Shown here piece by piece: positions 17,074-25,742 of a stretch of 64,000 bases of DNA (positions within the stretch are counted from its first letter, which is position 1; each line of letters starts with the position of its first letter). The position numbers and the translations under genes are program-made. The notes under the pieces are model-generated. The model did not search any database. It was not told where the DNA came from and saw nothing but the letters and a program-made list of their open reading frames with translations. Origin of the DNA: Francisella tularensis subsp. holarctica. GTDB taxonomy: Bacteria; Pseudomonadota; Gammaproteobacteria; Francisellales; CACEW01. The stretch is from NCBI GenBank assembly GCA_945879065.1, contig CAMCUU010000001.1, forward strand, positions 23,899 through 87,898, read 5' to 3'.

Positions 17074-18483
17074 TTGGCAGGATTAAAGGTTAGTTCAAAC
17101 TTAACAAGCCCACCGGAGATTAATGCATTTAATAGCGCTCTGTATCGGCAGTTAAAAATTAGAAAGAGCGCTTGGATCCTTGGTGGAATTTTATTTCTGC
17201 ACACAGCTTCCTGTTTTTTCCTGATGGCCTGGGCCCAAGAAAAGAAAAGCAGAGCGTCTGGCGTTTTAATTCGCTGTACTTTGACAGGCCTGATTAATGG
17301 GGCGCTTTATAGCAACGGCTTAACAGAGTTAATTTTAAAATCCTGGGATGATTTGCATCAAGTTTGGGAATCCTGGAAAAAATCTAAATCTTTCAAACCA
17401 CCTAGCATTCCCTCTATTTTTTATTATTTAATTTTAATTAATTTCTCCAGCTGCGGGGCTTTATTAATGCCCGGCGATTTTTTTTCTATTAACCAAGAAA
17501 AAAATAACCAAGCAAAAAAAATTTACTCTCAAGACTTAATCTGGATCAATGCTTTAAGTTTATGGCTCTATGAGTCCTTGCTCATGCAGGCCCCGATTCG
17601 AGCCTTGATTATTTCCCCTTTGCAAAAACTCTGGAACTGGTATCAAAAATCAGAATACCCCTGCCCTGATTTAAAATTTTCTTTTCCTTTGATTACAAAA
17701 CTTGTTTTGGGTTCTTTTTTATTTTTTATATCAGTCCCTTTTTATCTAGGCGCCACAGGGTCGATGGAACGCGCTGCGGAAAAAATGACAGGAATTCGTT
17801 ATTTTCCTTGGTGGCTTTTGAGTAATTTATTTTTAATTGACACAGCAATGGCTTCTGCCATAGCAGGATCTTCTATGCTGCTCCTGTTTACTTATTATCC
17901 AACTAAGGGGCTCTACGCCACGCTGGATCACCTCATCTTTAGGCCTTTTAATTATGCCTCCAAAGTTCAGCACCCCAACCCATTGATTCCCATTAAAAGC
18001 TTGATTAATTGGACGCTCAGAGTGGGTATTTTAACTGCTTGTATTTATGGACTCTTGTCTGCGCTGGCCATTGAAGAAGAGGGCCAGAAAAAAATGATCG
18101 AAGATGGTGGATTACCAGGCCGCGTGATTAAGCAATATGCCAACTGGGGCTTTTCTACAGCAAAGCAAGTTTTTATGATTGCGCCGTTTTTAAATATTAA
18201 TGGCCTCTTTGGTTTTTTAGATGCTTTGCAAAAAATGGCCCAGCTAGGATTTAAACCCGCCTGCTTTTTTCTATGCAGCACTCAAGAATATTCAGATCAG
18301 GAAAAATTAGAGCACTGGAAAAAAGAACTTGATATAGAAAATAGTAATAATGCAAAAATTCTAGAAGACCATATCCCTTTAAAGTCTCGCAAAAAATCAG
18401 CTGACTACGCCGTATTAATTAAGCATTACTCAAATAAGTTATCAAACGCTGGAGATCATCAGGCGTATCAACGCCTGGCATAG
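17074..18483 (+). CDS. Hypothetical polytopic membrane protein
   Basis: 469 aa with many hydrophobic segments (ILGGILFLHTASCFFLMAW, YYLILINFSSCGALLM, LVLGSFLFFISVPFYL, WWLLSNLFLIDTAMASAIAGSSMLLLF). The TTG start in the track is uncertain. It is divergent from the amidoligase operon, and its 3' end overlaps the kdsB 3' end by 65 nt. Confidence 0.6.
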   Translation: MAGLKVSSNLTSPPEINAFNSALYRQLKIRKSAWILGGILFLHTASCFFLMAWAQEKKSRASGVLIRCTLTGLINGALYSNGLTELILKSWDDLHQVWESWKKSKSFKPPSIPSIFYYLILINFSSCGALLMPGDFFSINQEKNNQAKKIYSQDLIWINALSLWLYESLLMQAPIRALIISPLQKLWNWYQKSEYPCPDLKFSFPLITKLVLGSFLFFISVPFYLGATGSMERAAEKMTGIRYFPWWLLSNLFLIDTAMASAIAGSSMLLLFTYYPTKGLYATLDHLIFRPFNYASKVQHPNPLIPIKSLINWTLRVGILTACIYGLLSALAIEEEGQKKMIEDGGLPGRVIKQYANWGFSTAKQVFMIAPFLNINGLFGFLDALQKMAQLGFKPACFFLCSTQEYSDQEKLEHWKKELDIENSNNAKILEDHIPLKSRKKSADYAVLIKHYSNKLSNAGDHQAYQRLA

Positions 18484-19189
18484 AATTTTCCTTGGCTAAT
18501 TCAACGGCGATTTTATAACCAGAATATAAAAATCTTAATTGCTCTAAGCCTTCTAGTTTTTCTAAAACACATTCGGGCATATTTTTATAACTTAATAAAA
18601 AATTTACTTTATAAGCATATAAACCCAAATGCCTAAAATGATTTTTAAGATGTAGGGGCGAATCTTGTATTCGCCCGTTAGCACAGACCCAAGACCGATC
18701 CCAAGGAATCATCGCTCTAGAAAAATACAAAGCCTGACCAAAATGGTTTAAAACCACTTTAGTAATATTGGTATTTTTTAATTCTTCAAAATGTTTAATC
18801 TCTTCACATAAAGTCGCGACTTCACAGCTTGAATTTGATTTTAATAAATTCACCACTTGCTCGGCATTTTTAATATTTAATACCGGCTCATCGACCTGCC
18901 AATTTAAAACAAAATCTTCAGGGGGTAATTTTAATTGCTCGCAGACTTCAGACAGTCTCGACGTCCCTGAAATATGAGACAGATCAGTCATGCAAGTTTG
19001 CGCACCAAACGCTTCTGCAACTTCTTTAACTTTAAGATTATCCACGGCAATAATAACTGGGCCTAAATTAGATTTAACAGCCTGCTCATACGTATGCTGC
19101 ATCAGTGTTTTGCCATTAATATTCGCCAGAATTTTTTCAGGAAATCGACTGGAGGCTAAACGAGCGGGAATAATAATATGAGTATTCAT
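18419..19189 (-). CDS. kdsB: 3-deoxy-manno-octulosonate cytidylyltransferase (CMP-KDO synthetase)
   Basis: 256 aa. Contains IIPARLASSRFPEKILANINGKTLMQHTYEQA, NWQVDEP, ALYFSRAMIPWDR and RHLGLYAYK. It carries an in-frame palindromic-element insert ([12 protein letters not shown]). Confidence 0.93.
   Translation of the reverse strand: MNTHIIIPARLASSRFPEKILANINGKTLMQHTYEQAVKSNLGPVIIAVDNLKVKEVAEAFGAQTCMTDLSHISGTSRLSEVCEQLKLPPEDFVLNWQVDEPVLNIKNAEQVVNLLKSNSSCEVATLCEEIKHFEELKNTNITKVVLNHFGQALYFSRAMIPWDRSWVCANGRIQDSPLHLKNHFRHLGLYAYKVNFLLSYKNMPECVLEKLEGLEQLRFLYSGYKIAVELAKENSMPGVDTPDDLQRLITYLSNA
18651..18676 (+). repeat. Palindromic element copy inside the kdsB CDS (TGTAGGGGCGAATCTTGTATTCGCCC)
   Basis: Nearly identical to 1503..1528. 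On the coding (minus) strand it is read as tgt gct aac ggg cga ata caa gat tcg ccc cta cat. Confidence 0.8.
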
Positions 19190-19205
19190 GTCTATGTTTT
19201 CTTCA

Positions 19206-19235
19206 GATTTTGATTTTGATTTTGATTTTGATTTC
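19206..19235. repeat. Hexanucleotide microsatellite (GATTTT)x4-5, intergenic ycaR/kdsB
   Basis: GATTTTGATTTTGATTTTGATTTTGATTTC read directly. The same hexamer is repeated in frame inside ycaR at about 19427..19445. Confidence 0.85.
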
Positions 19236-19298
19236 GTCTCTCCCCTCGCGGGAGAGACAGGACTGAAAGGGTGAAACCTTTCAGGACAGAGAGGGGGA
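19235..19298 (+). repeat. Double-hairpin GC-rich element, intergenic ycaR/kdsB
   Basis: CGTCTCTCCCCTCGCGGGAGAGACAG forms a stem GTCTCTCCC/GGGAGAGAC. It is followed by CTGAAAGGGTGAAACCTTTCAG (stem CTGAAAGG/CCTTTCAG). It shares the CGTCTCTCCCCT module with 1451 and 13202..13213. Confidence 0.65.
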
Positions 19299-19300
19299 AA

Positions 19301-19516
19301 CTAATCCAGCTCTTCTAAATTTAATTTCCTAGCCTGGTCTAATAACATCACTGGAATCTCATCAATAATGGGATAGGCCAATTTATCCGCACGACACCAG
19401 AGTTCTTCTGTTTTATCTTGTTTTTTATTTTGATTTTGATTTTTATAATTCAAAGGCCCTTTGCATACCGGGCAAACTAGGATTTCTAATAAAGCTTTAT
19501 TCATAGAATTTTTCAC
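19301..19516 (-). CDS. ycaR: Trm112/YcaR-family small zinc-ribbon protein (UPF0434)
   Basis: 71 aa. [16 protein letters not shown]...[27 protein letters not shown] aligns with E. coli YcaR. It has an extra [14 protein letters not shown] insert encoded by the AAAATC repeat. The lpxK-ycaR-kdsB synteny is the same as in E. coli. Confidence 0.85.
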   Translation of the reverse strand: MKNSMNKALLEILVCPVCKGPLNYKNQNQNKKQDKTEELWCRADKLAYPIIDEIPVMLLDQARKLNLEELD

Positions 19517-20700
19517 ACCCTTAATTTTTTTAAATTTTTAAAATTTTTAATTTTATTAATAAATTCCTGATCAAAATTAAAATCTAAATTTTTAACTTCA
19601 GCGCTAAATTCAGCGCTAACTTCTAAATAAAAATAATGATTTAAATCCTGACCAATATTTAATAAATCTTGTTTTAAATTAATTATTTTTACCATGTCTT
19701 TTTCAGTAGTAATAATAGAAATATCAGCATTATTTAAATCATTAAAAATTAAATCTTGCGCTTTGAAGTCATGATGGTCTGGGAAAATATGTTTAATAAG
19801 TTTAAACCCCAGGCTTTCTAATAATTTAAAAAAACGATCAGGGTTTCCAATACCTGCGACAGCATGAACCCAGGGGCGCTCATGTTCGGGACTGGCAGAC
19901 AGGTCCGCCATCCCTAGCACGCCACCAGCAAAAATAGGCCGAAGTTTTTGAGGCATAAGCTTCATAGAAAAAGAATTAGAAAAAGAATGGATATCTCTTG
20001 TAGGGGCGGACCTGTGTGTCCGCCCTGCCGAATCAAGATCCAGGTCAAAATCAACACCATATTGCGTAATCACAAAATCTGCTTTGTTTAATCTTGAAAC
20101 AGGCTCTCTCAGAGGCCCCGCTGGAATTAAAAAGCCATTTCCAAATTTTCTTTCGCCATCTATGACAATAATTTCCAGGTCTCTATCTAAACCATAATGA
20201 GATAAGCCATCGTCCGATAAAATAATATTCACTTCTGGGAAATTTTTAATTAAACAATCTCGCGCAGCCGCTCTATCAACGCCGACGACCATAGGTAAAT
20301 TAAAATCCTGATTTGAAAATCTAGAAAAAATCATAAAAGGCTCATCGCCGGTGTTTTTAATTAAAGAATGTTTATCAATAATTTGGGGTATTTTTTTCTT
20401 AGAAAAATCACCCAAGTAACCCCTGGAAATCACACCCGGATTAAAACCCTCGGATTTTAATAAATTAATTAAATAAATAATCAAAGGCGTTTTACCCGTC
20501 CCGCCTAAAGTAATATTTCCAATAATAATGACTGGGATATTTTTATTTTTATTTTTTAAAAAAATTTTAAAATTTTTATTAAATAAAAAAATAATTTTAT
20601 AAATAAAACTAAATAGTAATAAAAAATAGATAACAAAATAATCCAGACCCTTTAATTTAAACTTAGGCTTATACCAAAGGGTCTCCAGATATTTAATCAT
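19513..20700 (-). CDS. lpxK: Tetraacyldisaccharide 4'-kinase
   Basis: 395 aa. Contains [38 protein letters not shown] (P-loop), [35 protein letters not shown] and TTEKD. It carries two in-frame palindromic-element inserts. Confidence 0.92.
   Translation of the reverse strand: MIKYLETLWYKPKFKLKGLDYFVIYFLLLFSFIYKIIFLFNKNFKIFLKNKNKNIPVIIIGNITLGGTGKTPLIIYLINLLKSEGFNPGVISRGYLGDFSKKKIPQIIDKHSLIKNTGDEPFMIFSRFSNQDFNLPMVVGVDRAAARDCLIKNFPEVNIILSDDGLSHYGLDRDLEIIVIDGERKFGNGFLIPAGPLREPVSRLNKADFVITQYGVDFDLDLDSAGRTHRSAPTRDIHSFSNSFSMKLMPQKLRPIFAGGVLGMADLSASPEHERPWVHAVAGIGNPDRFFKLLESLGFKLIKHIFPDHHDFKAQDLIFNDLNNADISIITTEKDMVKIINLKQDLLNIGQDLNHYFYLEVSAEFSAEVKNLDFNFDQEFINKIKNFKNLKKLRV
19894..19918 (-). repeat. 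Degenerate palindromic element copy inside lpxK
   Basis: The reverse strand reads GCTAGGGATGGCGGACCTGTCTGCC. It is translated as [10 protein letters not shown], in the same orientation and frame as the amidohydrolase copy (LVGADLFVRR). Confidence 0.6.
19999..20025 (+). repeat. Palindromic element copy inside lpxK (TGTAGGGGCGGACCTGTGTGTCCGCCC)
   Basis: Hairpin GGGCGGAC-CTGTGT-GTCCGCCC. On the coding strand it is read as gat tcg gca ggg cgg aca cac agg tcc gcc cct aca aga ([13 protein letters not shown]). Confidence 0.8.
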
Positions 20701-23700
20701 CCTGGGTCAGCGCCGAACAAGAGCTGGCCATTTTCGCGGTGCAATTCTGAGAAAGATCTAATAAACCTCGCATCGCCACGAGGTACATAATAAATTCGTT
20801 TTTATTAGAACCCTTGAGATCTTGGATCATGTAGATCCAGCGGTTGACCATATATTTAAAAGCCCCAATCCACTGAGAAAGACGCGCGTCGAGATCTAAA
20901 TTTTTATCCGTCATGAGAATCACGCTGACGCTTAAAGAAGCTTGTAGTTTATCCATATCATCTCGAAGTTCTGAGCTGGCTAAAGTTCCCCAGTAACCCT
21001 CTTCACGCAAAGACCCAACGCTTTGATGGAACCAAGATATTTCTAATTTTTCCCCGAGTTTATAAAACACTTCGGCGACCTCTTTAAAATCCAAGTTATG
21101 CGCTGAGGCCACTTGAATAATGTCCATAAAGGGCGACATAAAAGCATAGTCAGAGGCTTTAAGAGTCAGCTCGTTAGGAATATGCGCGTGGGAATATTTT
21201 TTAATAAAATCTTTTTTAATATTCCGATCTTCTTTGCTTAGTAACTTAGACATCAACTGTCTGAGCTCAGCAATTTTAGGCTGATAGGTTTTAATTAATT
21301 CAGGGACATCTAATCCAGTTCGATTATTTTGCAATAACCAGCGAGAAAAGCGTCGGACCAGCCTTACGACTTCGCGCATCAAATCTTGCTGAATAGCCAT
21401 ATCCATCTTGCCATCGAGAGATTCTATTTTTGACCACATGTCTGGCAGCTCACAGATCTCTTTAGCAATAACATAAGCTCTTGCAATCAGCGCTGGCGTT
21501 GCCCCAGTTTCGTCATATAGACGATGAATAAAACCCATGCCCATCTGCTGAAGCATTTCATTAGTCAGCTGAGTCACTATAATTTCGCGACAGAGATAAT
21601 GCTGACGCATGAGAGGCCCAAATTTAGATTGTAAGATCTCTGGAAATTCAGCCGCTAAGTAACAATCAAAATAGGGCTCGTCTGGTAATTTAGATTTGAA
21701 AATCTCGCCTTTTACCGCCGTTTTTGAATAGGCCATCAAGACGGCTAACTCTGGTGCAGTTAGACCATGCCCACTGGAAAATCTGGCTTTAATGTCTTTA
21801 TCAGCTGGTAGAAATTCTAGTTTTCGATCTAAAAACCCTTCTCGCTCCAGCTCTCGAATTAATCTTAATTGCATGTATAAAACATCAGGAGAAGCTGAAC
21901 GCATATTATCTATGGCTTGAGTTTGATGATAATTATTACTCAAGACCAATCTTGCGACATCTTCTCGCATCTCTGACAAAAGCTGATTGCGATCTTCTGC
22001 TTTTAAATCCCCAGAATTAATCGCTTCTGTTAATAAAATCTTGATATTTACTTCATGATCTGAGCAATCCACACCGGCTGAGTTATCAATCGCATCGGTG
22101 TAAATTAAACCCCCTCTTTGGGCAAACTCAATACGAGCCAATTGGGTCACGCCTACATTACCGCCTTCGACTAAGACTTTGGCTTTGAGATCTGCGGCAT
22201 CCACGCGCACATCGTCGTTAGATCGATCCCCAATCGTAAAATTATTTTCTGTACTGGCTTTAATATAAGTCCCAATACCGCCGTTAAATAATAACTCCAC
22301 GCGCATTTTCAAAATGGCCTGAATTAATTCATTGGGCTCTACTTTTTTATTTTTTAATTTAAATAATTTCAAAGCTTCTGAAGATAAATTAATTAACTTA
22401 GCCGAGCGTTCAAATACTCCTCCCCCTTCAGAAATCAAAGAAGGATCATAATCTTGCCAGCTGGAGCGCTCTAGATTAAATAACCGCTGACGCTCTTGAA
22501 AACTAGTTTGTGCATTAGGACTAGGGTCAATAAAAATATGTCGATGATCAAAAGCAGCTAATAATTTAATATGAGGCGAGAGCAACATGCCATTGCCAAA
22601 CACATCCCCCGACATATCGCCAATCCCTGCGCAGGTAAAATCTTCTGTCAGAATATTTTTGCCCAAAGATAAAAAATGTCTCTTAGCGGATTCCCAAGCC
22701 CCTCGAGCCGTAATTCCCATTTTTTTATGGTCATAGCCATTACTGCCACCAGAGGCAAACGCATCGCCTAGCCAAAAATTATATTCTTTGGCAATTGCAT
22801 TCGCTGTATCTGAAAAAGTCGCGGTGCCTTTATCTGCGGCAACGACGAAATAAGGATCATCTTCGTCGTATCTCACGACATCTTTAGGCGGGATAATTTT
22901 AAAGCCGTCTCTATTATCTGTAATATCCAACATGCCTGAAATAAAAGTTTTATAACAGCGCGTGACTTCTTGAAAAATCTCTTGACGCGAGCCTTGCTTT
23001 GGCAAGCACTTAGCAATAAAGCCGCCTTTAGCACCAAAAGGCACAATTACGGCGTTTTTAACTTGCTGGGCTTTTAATAAGCCTAATACTTCACGTCTAA
23101 AATCTTCCCGCTCTGACCATCTCAAACCACCGCGAGCAACCTTACTTCCCCGCAAATGCACGCCTTCCATATAAGTCGCTGAAACAAAGATTTCATACAA
23201 GGGTAATGGTTTGGGCATATTAGAAATTAAATCAGACTGTATTTTAAAAGATAAATACGCATGATTTTGAGAGTGCTTATTTTTCTGAAAATAATTAGTT
23301 CTTAAAGTCGCTTTCATGACTTCTAAGAGCCGTCTTAAAATTCGATCTTTATCAATATTAGTCACTAGCTCTAATAATTTTAAAATCTTAGCCTCAGCCT
23401 GATGAAACCCGTCTTCTCGATTTTTTTGAGAAATCTTGGGGTTAAATTTAGAGATAAAAAATTGAATCAACTCACGCGCAATCTCTGGGTGTTCGCTCAA
23501 AGTATCTTCAATATAATTTTGCGAATATAAAAATCCGATTTGAATTAAATATTTTGAATAGGCTCTTAAAATACTGATTTCACGCCAAGATAAACCCGCT
23601 CTCATAACCAGCCGGTTAAACCCATCATTCTCAGCTCTTTTTTCCCAAACACTCGAAAAAGCTTCTTTAAAAATTTCACTGATGTCTTCAGGCTGAACTA

Positions 23701-25639
23701 AAGACCCCAAAAGCCTCATGCCAAAATCAGAAATCCAAATAGTCTCTTCACCGACTTTGATTTCATAAGGCCGCTCTTCCATGACAGACAGGCCCATATT
23801 CTCAAGAATAGGCAGAACAACCGTCAGGGGAATAGGCTCTGACTGATGGAAAAGCTTAAATCTAATATGATTATCCGCTTCTTCTAATAATCTATAAAAA
23901 CACATGCCGACGTAGTGCTGCTCTTTGTGATCTGTCTGATCTGTGTGATCTTTATTTTTTAAAACACTTTCTATATAGCCGATATCCAAAGCCGCTTGCT
24001 GACTTAAAAAAGCTTCTCTATAGCCCGCTGGAAAAGCCCGTGAATATTTAGAATAAAGCAAAGACCCTTGCTGCTCACCTTCCTGCTCTATTAAGACAGA
24101 GCGCAAATCATCCCGCCAATCACGCGAAGCAATGATTAGCTTAGCTTCCATCTGTTTAATTTTTACAGGCTCTAAGTGCTTTGCACACTTAGCATGAATT
24201 AAAAAATCAATCCGACATAAAACAGACGAGTCAAAAAAGATAGGTTCAAACTGAACTTCATGGCCTTCCAATTCATGAAGCAAAATATGCTGAATTTTTA
24301 ATCTCAACTCGGTATTAAATAAATCTCTTGGCAAATAAACCATGCAAGAAAAATAGCGGCTCAAAGGATCCTGAATAATAAATAATCTTAATTGCTGCCT
24401 TTCTTGAATATTTAAAATACCCAAAGAAATTTTTAAGAGCTGGGCTTGATCAATATGAAATAATTCATCTCTGGGAAAATTTTGCAAAATATTAACCAAG
24501 GCTTTACCAGCATGGCCATTCATATCAAAACCAGACTGCTGCAAGGTTAATCTGGCTTTTAATCTAATTAAGGGAATATTCAGAGGATTCGAATGATAAG
24601 CAATCGAAGTAAATAAGCCTACAAAGCGCCGCTCACCAATCCGTTCACCCTGGGAATTAAATAAACTTAAAACAATCACATCCATCCGACCACGACGATG
24701 AACACTGGATTCAAAATCACTTTTTGCGACTAAGAGAGGCTGGTTTAAATCTAAACAATAAGCCTGAGAAGAAGCACCCAAAAAACTTCCTTCTTGAAAG
24801 CGCTCTGAGTGATGCAAGATCCCTAAAGTCTTGCTGTTATCAATCGATAATTTCTTAGAACTTCCTTTAGGACTTAAAAATTCGGCATAACCTAAATAAG
24901 TAAAATGGTTATTATCCAGCCAAGTTAAAAAATCAATGGTCTCTAAAACTTCTTCTTTGGGATATCTGGAAAAATTATTTTTTTCTAAATCTAAACACTC
25001 AATAGCCTCTGCTAATTTTTTTCGCATCTTTGAATAATCAGAAACTGCTAAACAGACATCACCTAATACTTTAATTAAATTTTTCTGAATATTTTTTAAA
25101 ACTTTTGGCGCGTCTTCTTGCCGATCTATTTCAATATAAACAGGAGCCTCTACAACAGAACCATCTTCGACTGGATCTTCAGGACCTAAAACTTTGGATA
25201 CCAGCCCCTCAGGCGTTCTTAAAACTCTAAAATAACTTGTATGCAAAATAAAATGCATATTAATTCCCAGGCGATTTAACTCCATCACCATGGTGTCAAT
25301 TAAAAAAGGCATATCGTCTTGCGTCAGCTGAATCACTGTCCGACGAGACTGCCAACCATTGTTTTCCATATTGGGGTTATAGACATTCAGATTAATTTCA
25401 CCGGGCTTCCTATTCGCCAAAGAAATCCAATGCGAATACGCAATGCCAAACAGCTCTTCGAGGGTCCGCCCTTCCATCTCTTCATCAGCCACACTGCGAT
25501 AATAAGAGATTAAAAATTTCCCAAAATTGACTAACTCATTTTTGCTTATTTTCTTAGCCGCATAATCTAAAAGATCTTGGATTAATTGCTTATGGTTATT
25601 TTTTATCTCAGTTTTTATCTCAGTCTTCATATCGGTCAT
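20693..25639 (-). CDS. gdhB: NAD-specific glutamate dehydrogenase, large (~180 kDa) type
   Basis: 1648 aa. Central region ...GGLRWSEREDFRREVLGLLKAQQVKNAVIVPFGAKGGF...VVAADKGTATFSDTAN...GDMSGDVFGNGMLLS... is typical of bacterial giant NAD-GDH. Its stop overlaps the lpxK start by 8 nt. Confidence 0.93.
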   Translation of the reverse strand: MTDMKTEIKTEIKNNHKQLIQDLLDYAAKKISKNELVNFGKFLISYYRSVADEEMEGRTLEELFGIAYSHWISLANRKPGEINLNVYNPNMENNGWQSRRTVIQLTQDDMPFLIDTMVMELNRLGINMHFILHTSYFRVLRTPEGLVSKVLGPEDPVEDGSVVEAPVYIEIDRQEDAPKVLKNIQKNLIKVLGDVCLAVSDYSKMRKKLAEAIECLDLEKNNFSRYPKEEVLETIDFLTWLDNNHFTYLGYAEFLSPKGSSKKLSIDNSKTLGILHHSERFQEGSFLGASSQAYCLDLNQPLLVAKSDFESSVHRRGRMDVIVLSLFNSQGERIGERRFVGLFTSIAYHSNPLNIPLIRLKARLTLQQSGFDMNGHAGKALVNILQNFPRDELFHIDQAQLLKISLGILNIQERQQLRLFIIQDPLSRYFSCMVYLPRDLFNTELRLKIQHILLHELEGHEVQFEPIFFDSSVLCRIDFLIHAKCAKHLEPVKIKQMEAKLIIASRDWRDDLRSVLIEQEGEQQGSLLYSKYSRAFPAGYREAFLSQQAALDIGYIESVLKNKDHTDQTDHKEQHYVGMCFYRLLEEADNHIRFKLFHQSEPIPLTVVLPILENMGLSVMEERPYEIKVGEETIWISDFGMRLLGSLVQPEDISEIFKEAFSSVWEKRAENDGFNRLVMRAGLSWREISILRAYSKYLIQIGFLYSQNYIEDTLSEHPEIARELIQFFISKFNPKISQKNREDGFHQAEAKILKLLELVTNIDKDRILRRLLEVMKATLRTNYFQKNKHSQNHAYLSFKIQSDLISNMPKPLPLYEIFVSATYMEGVHLRGSKVARGGLRWSEREDFRREVLGLLKAQQVKNAVIVPFGAKGGFIAKCLPKQGSRQEIFQEVTRCYKTFISGMLDITDNRDGFKIIPPKDVVRYDEDDPYFVVAADKGTATFSDTANAIAKEYNFWLGDAFASGGSNGYDHKKMGITARGAWESAKRHFLSLGKNILTEDFTCAGIGDMSGDVFGNGMLLSPHIKLLAAFDHRHIFIDPSPNAQTSFQERQRLFNLERSSWQDYDPSLISEGGGVFERSAKLINLSSEALKLFKLKNKKVEPNELIQAILKMRVELLFNGGIGTYIKASTENNFTIGDRSNDDVRVDAADLKAKVLVEGGNVGVTQLARIEFAQRGGLIYTDAIDNSAGVDCSDHEVNIKILLTEAINSGDLKAEDRNQLLSEMREDVARLVLSNNYHQTQAIDNMRSASPDVLYMQLRLIRELEREGFLDRKLEFLPADKDIKARFSSGHGLTAPELAVLMAYSKTAVKGEIFKSKLPDEPYFDCYLAAEFPEILQSKFGPLMRQHYLCREIIVTQLTNEMLQQMGMGFIHRLYDETGATPALIARAYVIAKEICELPDMWSKIESLDGKMDMAIQQDLMREVVRLVRRFSRWLLQNNRTGLDVPELIKTYQPKIAELRQLMSKLLSKEDRNIKKDFIKKYSHAHIPNELTLKASDYAFMSPFMDIIQVASAHNLDFKEVAEVFYKLGEKLEISWFHQSVGSLREEGYWGTLASSELRDDMDKLQASLSVSVILMTDKNLDLDARLSQWIGAFKYMVNRWIYMIQDLKGSNKNEFIMYLVAMRGLLDLSQNCTAKMASSCSALTQDD

Positions 25640-25742
25640 TTTATTTAGGAATCCCTTGGTAATCTCAGCAATCTCAGTGCTAATGCTAAATTCTACTTGG
25701 AAAATTGGGGCCGTATGATACCCGCCTTCGTCGCTAGTTCAA

